Source: a virus (lineage: Duplodnaviria; Caudoviricetes). Taken from it: DNA of 26,986 nucleotides. Under the pieces are notes generated by a model that made no database searches, had not been told where the DNA came from, and worked only from the letters and a program-made list of their open reading frames with translations. The stretch lies in the IMG/VR virus record IMGVR_UViG_3300032335_000272, positions 1 to 26,986 of that record; one strand, 5' to 3'. The translations under genes were made by a program, and so were the position numbers. The stretch's first letter is position 1. Each line of letters starts with the position of its first letter. This document shows, one piece after another, positions 26,054-26,986 of this stretch.

Positions 26054-26266
26054 TCAGCGGTATAGACCGCCCTTGTTGTTGATACCCCTGAGATCAGTCA
26101 GGTCTGTGATAAGCATGTAATTGCTTTTGTGCATTGGCGCGATCGTACGTGTTCGCGTACGTGAGTCAGCTTCCCCACATGGCATGCACAGGCGAAAGCC
26201 AGCGTTCGCACGCTTGGCACTGTAGTGATCACCACAGCGATTGCAGATTGGTTTCATGCGAGACAT
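26054..26266 (-). CDS. Small CxxC...CxxC zinc-finger protein (TraR/DksA C4-like spacing)
   Basis: CNRCGD...R...GFRLCMPCG, then APMHKSNY...NNKGG. RBS GAGGT. Confidence 0.65.
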   Translation of the reverse strand: MSRMKPICNRCGDHYSAKRANAGFRLCMPCGEADSRTRTRTIAPMHKSNYMLITDLTDLRGINNKGGLYR

Positions 26267-26273
26267 GGCTACC

Positions 26274-26540
26274 TCACAGGCGGGTTTGATTGAGTGCTTT
26301 GGTCAGCACACGATAGTTAGTAGTTGTCTCACCATCAAGTAGATCACCTTGGATGCACAGGCGCATCTCATACTCAGCGGTGTCTTTGTTGGCGTACACG
26401 TCGAGGATTGTCTCGTTGCATACTAGGATGTACACCTCACGACGCATAGCGTGGCTGATTGCGCTACGCAATGAATGATGTACATTTTCGTCATTGCTGA
26501 TTGCTTGCAAGACGGAATCGATACTCTTGAACTGTCCCAT
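26274..26540 (-). CDS. Hypothetical protein, first gene after the early promoter
   Basis: 88-aa ORF with RBS AAGGA. Confidence 0.65.
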   Translation of the reverse strand: MGQFKSIDSVLQAISNDENVHHSLRSAISHAMRREVYILVCNETILDVYANKDTAEYEMRLCIQGDLLDGETTTNYRVLTKALNQTRL

Positions 26541-26650
26541 AACTGATCCTTTACTGAATTGATAAACTGCGAATCAGGGTTAGCTGATTCAATACATAGA
26601 CTGAATGTGTTGGGCGGTACTGACTGCATATTTCCCGACCCAACAAATAC

Positions 26651-26679
26651 ATTATAACATAACTTTACAAATAAACCAA
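26651..26679 (-). promoter_or_regulatory. Strong sigma70-type promoter with extended -10
   Basis: TTGGTT (26679-26674), 17-bp spacer, TATAAT (26656-26651) preceded by TGn; AT-rich intergenic region. Confidence 0.75.
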
Positions 26680-26715
26680 GCATGTTACATGACTTTTTTT
26701 CGTAGGCGCACTGCC

Positions 26716-26805
26716 TTATGGTCTCCAATAAAAGAGATCAAGTAGTAGCACCATGACTGCTAGCAGAAACAAGACGCGCTCAAACTTATCCCATCGTGTC
26801 ATCAT
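26716..26805 (-). CDS. 29-aa single-pass membrane peptide, absent from the ORF track
   Basis: Manual translation MMTRWDKFERVLFLLAVMVLLLDLFYWRP. RBS GGGAG, ATGA overlap with the upstream gene. Confidence 0.65.
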   Translation of the reverse strand: MMTRWDKFERVLFLLAVMVLLLDLFYWRP

Positions 26806-26986
26806 CTTTTCTCCCTGTTCAACATGAGATCAAAGTCCGGCTCGGTTAAGCCGAAAGTATTCTTCAGATCAGCTACATCTGATTCAAAGATTAAGTGGCT
26901 ACCGCAAGCGGGGCAGTCGTACTGCTTGCCATCGGATAGGGCGATCTTGTACTCAAAGGTATGGTCTGACCCATCACCCTTGGCGC
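26802..26986 (-). CDS. Partial (5'-truncated) hypothetical protein with CPACG motif
   Basis: Frame open from the window end (AKGDGSDHTFEY...YDCPACGSHL...) to TGA at 26802. Confidence 0.55.
   Translation of the reverse strand, partial: AKGDGSDHTFEYKIALSDGKQYDCPACGSHLIFESDVADLKNTFGLTEPDFDLMLNREKR

Larger units (their letters stand above)
10797..26882. repeat. Dispersed spaced palindrome TCAG-N6-CTGA, 15 copies
   Basis: Copies start at 10797, 14220, 15689, 16291, 17821, 19887, 20374, 21219, 22522, 23974, 24712, 25410, 26040, 26574 and 26869 (manual scan). Confidence 0.85.

Noticed and set aside
412-26107. Near-matches to the palindrome: one mismatch (412, 9193, 11694, 21720, 25179, 26094) or N7 spacing (892, 3307, 4855)
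   Set aside because: One-mismatch hits are expected by chance at about this frequency, so they were excluded from the count.
26694-26720. Hairpin AGGC-GCACT-GCCT next to a T7 run
   Set aside because: The T-run precedes the stem on + and becomes an A-run after it on -, so it is not a canonical terminator in either direction; the stem is short.
26423-26728. 101-aa - strand ORF from the track
   Set aside because: It spans the promoter and leader hairpin and overlaps two better-supported genes.

Overview
A 27-kb segment of a tailed dsDNA phage genome with podovirus-like organisation; the host cannot be determined from this window. The + strand (1-8035) holds the end of a virion module: a partial coiled-coil protein and a 2508-aa probable ejection/internal virion protein with an HExxH motif. 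It meets head-on a long - strand arm. That arm carries a replication module (primase-DUF927 helicase, HTH protein, putative SSB, SNF2 helicase, HNH-like protein, Cas4-like nuclease, family A DNA polymerase with Leu762, DUF3310 protein, VRR-NUC nuclease) and a probable early region (MoxR-like AAA ATPase, metallopeptidase-vWA protein, DUF3150-like protein, many small ORFs). The most unusual signal is a spaced palindrome, TCAG-N6-CTGA. By manual scan it occurs 15 times between 10.8 and 26.9 kb, mostly inside genes and denser toward the right end, and never in the first 10.7 kb. A promoter-driven structured leader of about 145 nt also precedes the SNF2 helicase. All family assignments come from motif recognition, not database searches. 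No tRNA, CRISPR array or integrase was recognised.
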